Virus record (IMG/VR): IMGVR_UViG_3300044723_001306
Coordinates: 1 to 37,221 of that record
Strand: one strand, 5' to 3'
DNA length: 37,221 nucleotides
Origin: a virus
Lineage: Duplodnaviria > Caudoviricetes
A program made the position numbers and the translations under genes. The notes beneath the pieces are model-generated. The model was not told the origin of the DNA and did not search any database. It saw only the letters and a list, made by a program, of their open reading frames with translations. Of this stretch, positions 36,796 to 37,221 are shown one piece after another (the first letter of the stretch is position 1; every line of letters begins with the position of its first letter).

Positions 36796-36906
36796 AAAAA
36801 GGATTACAAAAGGGCTTACTAACATCATGGCGGAAACAAAAATTATGGAATTTAAGTGTAGGTTTGGAATGGGCAAGGAAAAACCAGAAGATATGTGCGT
36901 GACACT

Positions 36907-36922
36907 AAGCGAAATATCGCTT
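36907..36922. terminator. Small hairpin just after the terS-like stop
   Basis: AAGCGA-AATA-TCGCTT; the T run is on the plus-strand side, so direction is unclear. Confidence 0.3.
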
Positions 36923-36923
36923 T

Positions 36924-37221
36924 TTAATCTCCGTATGAAATCTCGAACTGGACGGGTTCGTCCGACTGCCCTGCGTTCAAATCTAGTTGCGAGCGCTTTC
37001 CCCACTTCTTAGGATGGCTTCTTTCTAGGAACCAAGCGCTAGCCTGCCAGACTCCGTTATCCGCAGCTTTCCTTATGTTTCTTATGTGAGCACCCTCGGC
37101 TTCGGCTCTTGCTTTTTTTACTGCCTCCGAAAACTCCAGAAATGGGTAATAAACCTCTATTTCTTGGGCTTCGTCCTCAGGGGCTGGTAAGGAAGTCTCA
37201 GCTAAACTGAGCATGTCTTCA
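36924..37221 (-). CDS. Terminase small subunit-like protein, probably 5'-truncated by the window
   Basis: FLEFSEAVKKARAEAE...WQASAWFLER..PKKWG pattern; the frame stays open to the window edge. Confidence 0.7.
   Translation of the reverse strand, partial: EDMLSLAETSLPAPEDEAQEIEVYYPFLEFSEAVKKARAEAEGAHIRNIRKAADNGVWQASAWFLERSHPKKWGKRSQLDLNAGQSDEPVQFEISYGD

Larger units (their letters stand above)
1..37221 (-). mobile_element. Siphovirus-type bacteriophage packaging, head and tail module; probable low-GC actinobacterial host
   Basis: Canonical order terminase-portal-protease-capsid-connector-tail tube-chaperones-tape measure-tail tip, all on the minus strand; whiB present; no bacterial housekeeping genes and no integrase in the window. 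Confidence 0.95.

Noticed and set aside
36748-37005. 85-aa minus-strand ORF bridging the terS-like gene and whiB
   Set aside because: Overlaps both neighbours, covers the LexA box and promoter, and has no protein-like motif.
1237-37012. All plus-strand ORFs in the track
   Set aside because: They are antisense shadows of long minus-strand genes, with S/L/P/I-rich low-information translations, no recognisable motifs and no operon structure.

Overview
AT-rich (roughly one-third GC by eye) segment of a tailed dsDNA phage with a long non-contractile (siphovirus-type) tail. All credible genes are on the minus strand. Right to left: terminase small subunit-like gene (5' end cut off), whiB, DEDDh exonuclease, hypothetical, SET-domain protein, HNH, FmdB-type zinc ribbon, hypothetical, terminase large subunit, a 1002-aa extended portal, HK97-type prohead protease and major capsid, a cluster of small basic peptides, head-tail connector, HTH/Zn-finger protein, head closure, a 1723-aa protein in the HK97-gp10 slot, tail terminator, major tail protein, frameshifting tail chaperones, tape measure, and tail-tip/fibre genes running off the left end. 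whiB, an actinobacterial-type LexA box and leaderless-type starts point to an actinobacterial host; the low GC suggests Ca. Actinomarina-like marine Actinobacteria (inference). Most interesting signals: (1) two promoter-led structured intergenic RNAs that display anti-Shine-Dalgarno sequences, one complementary to a phage tail-gene start region; (2) unannotated protamine/histone-tail-like micro-ORFs behind the capsid gene, in a phage that also encodes a SET-domain protein; (3) a portal carrying about 580 aa of extra modules separated by E-x-K linkers; (4) a gp10-like neck protein inflated more than tenfold; (5) a nested hub/LamG/lysozyme tail tip split across ORFs; (6) an SOS box upstream of whiB. 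Family assignments come from motif recognition by eye; no database searches were run.
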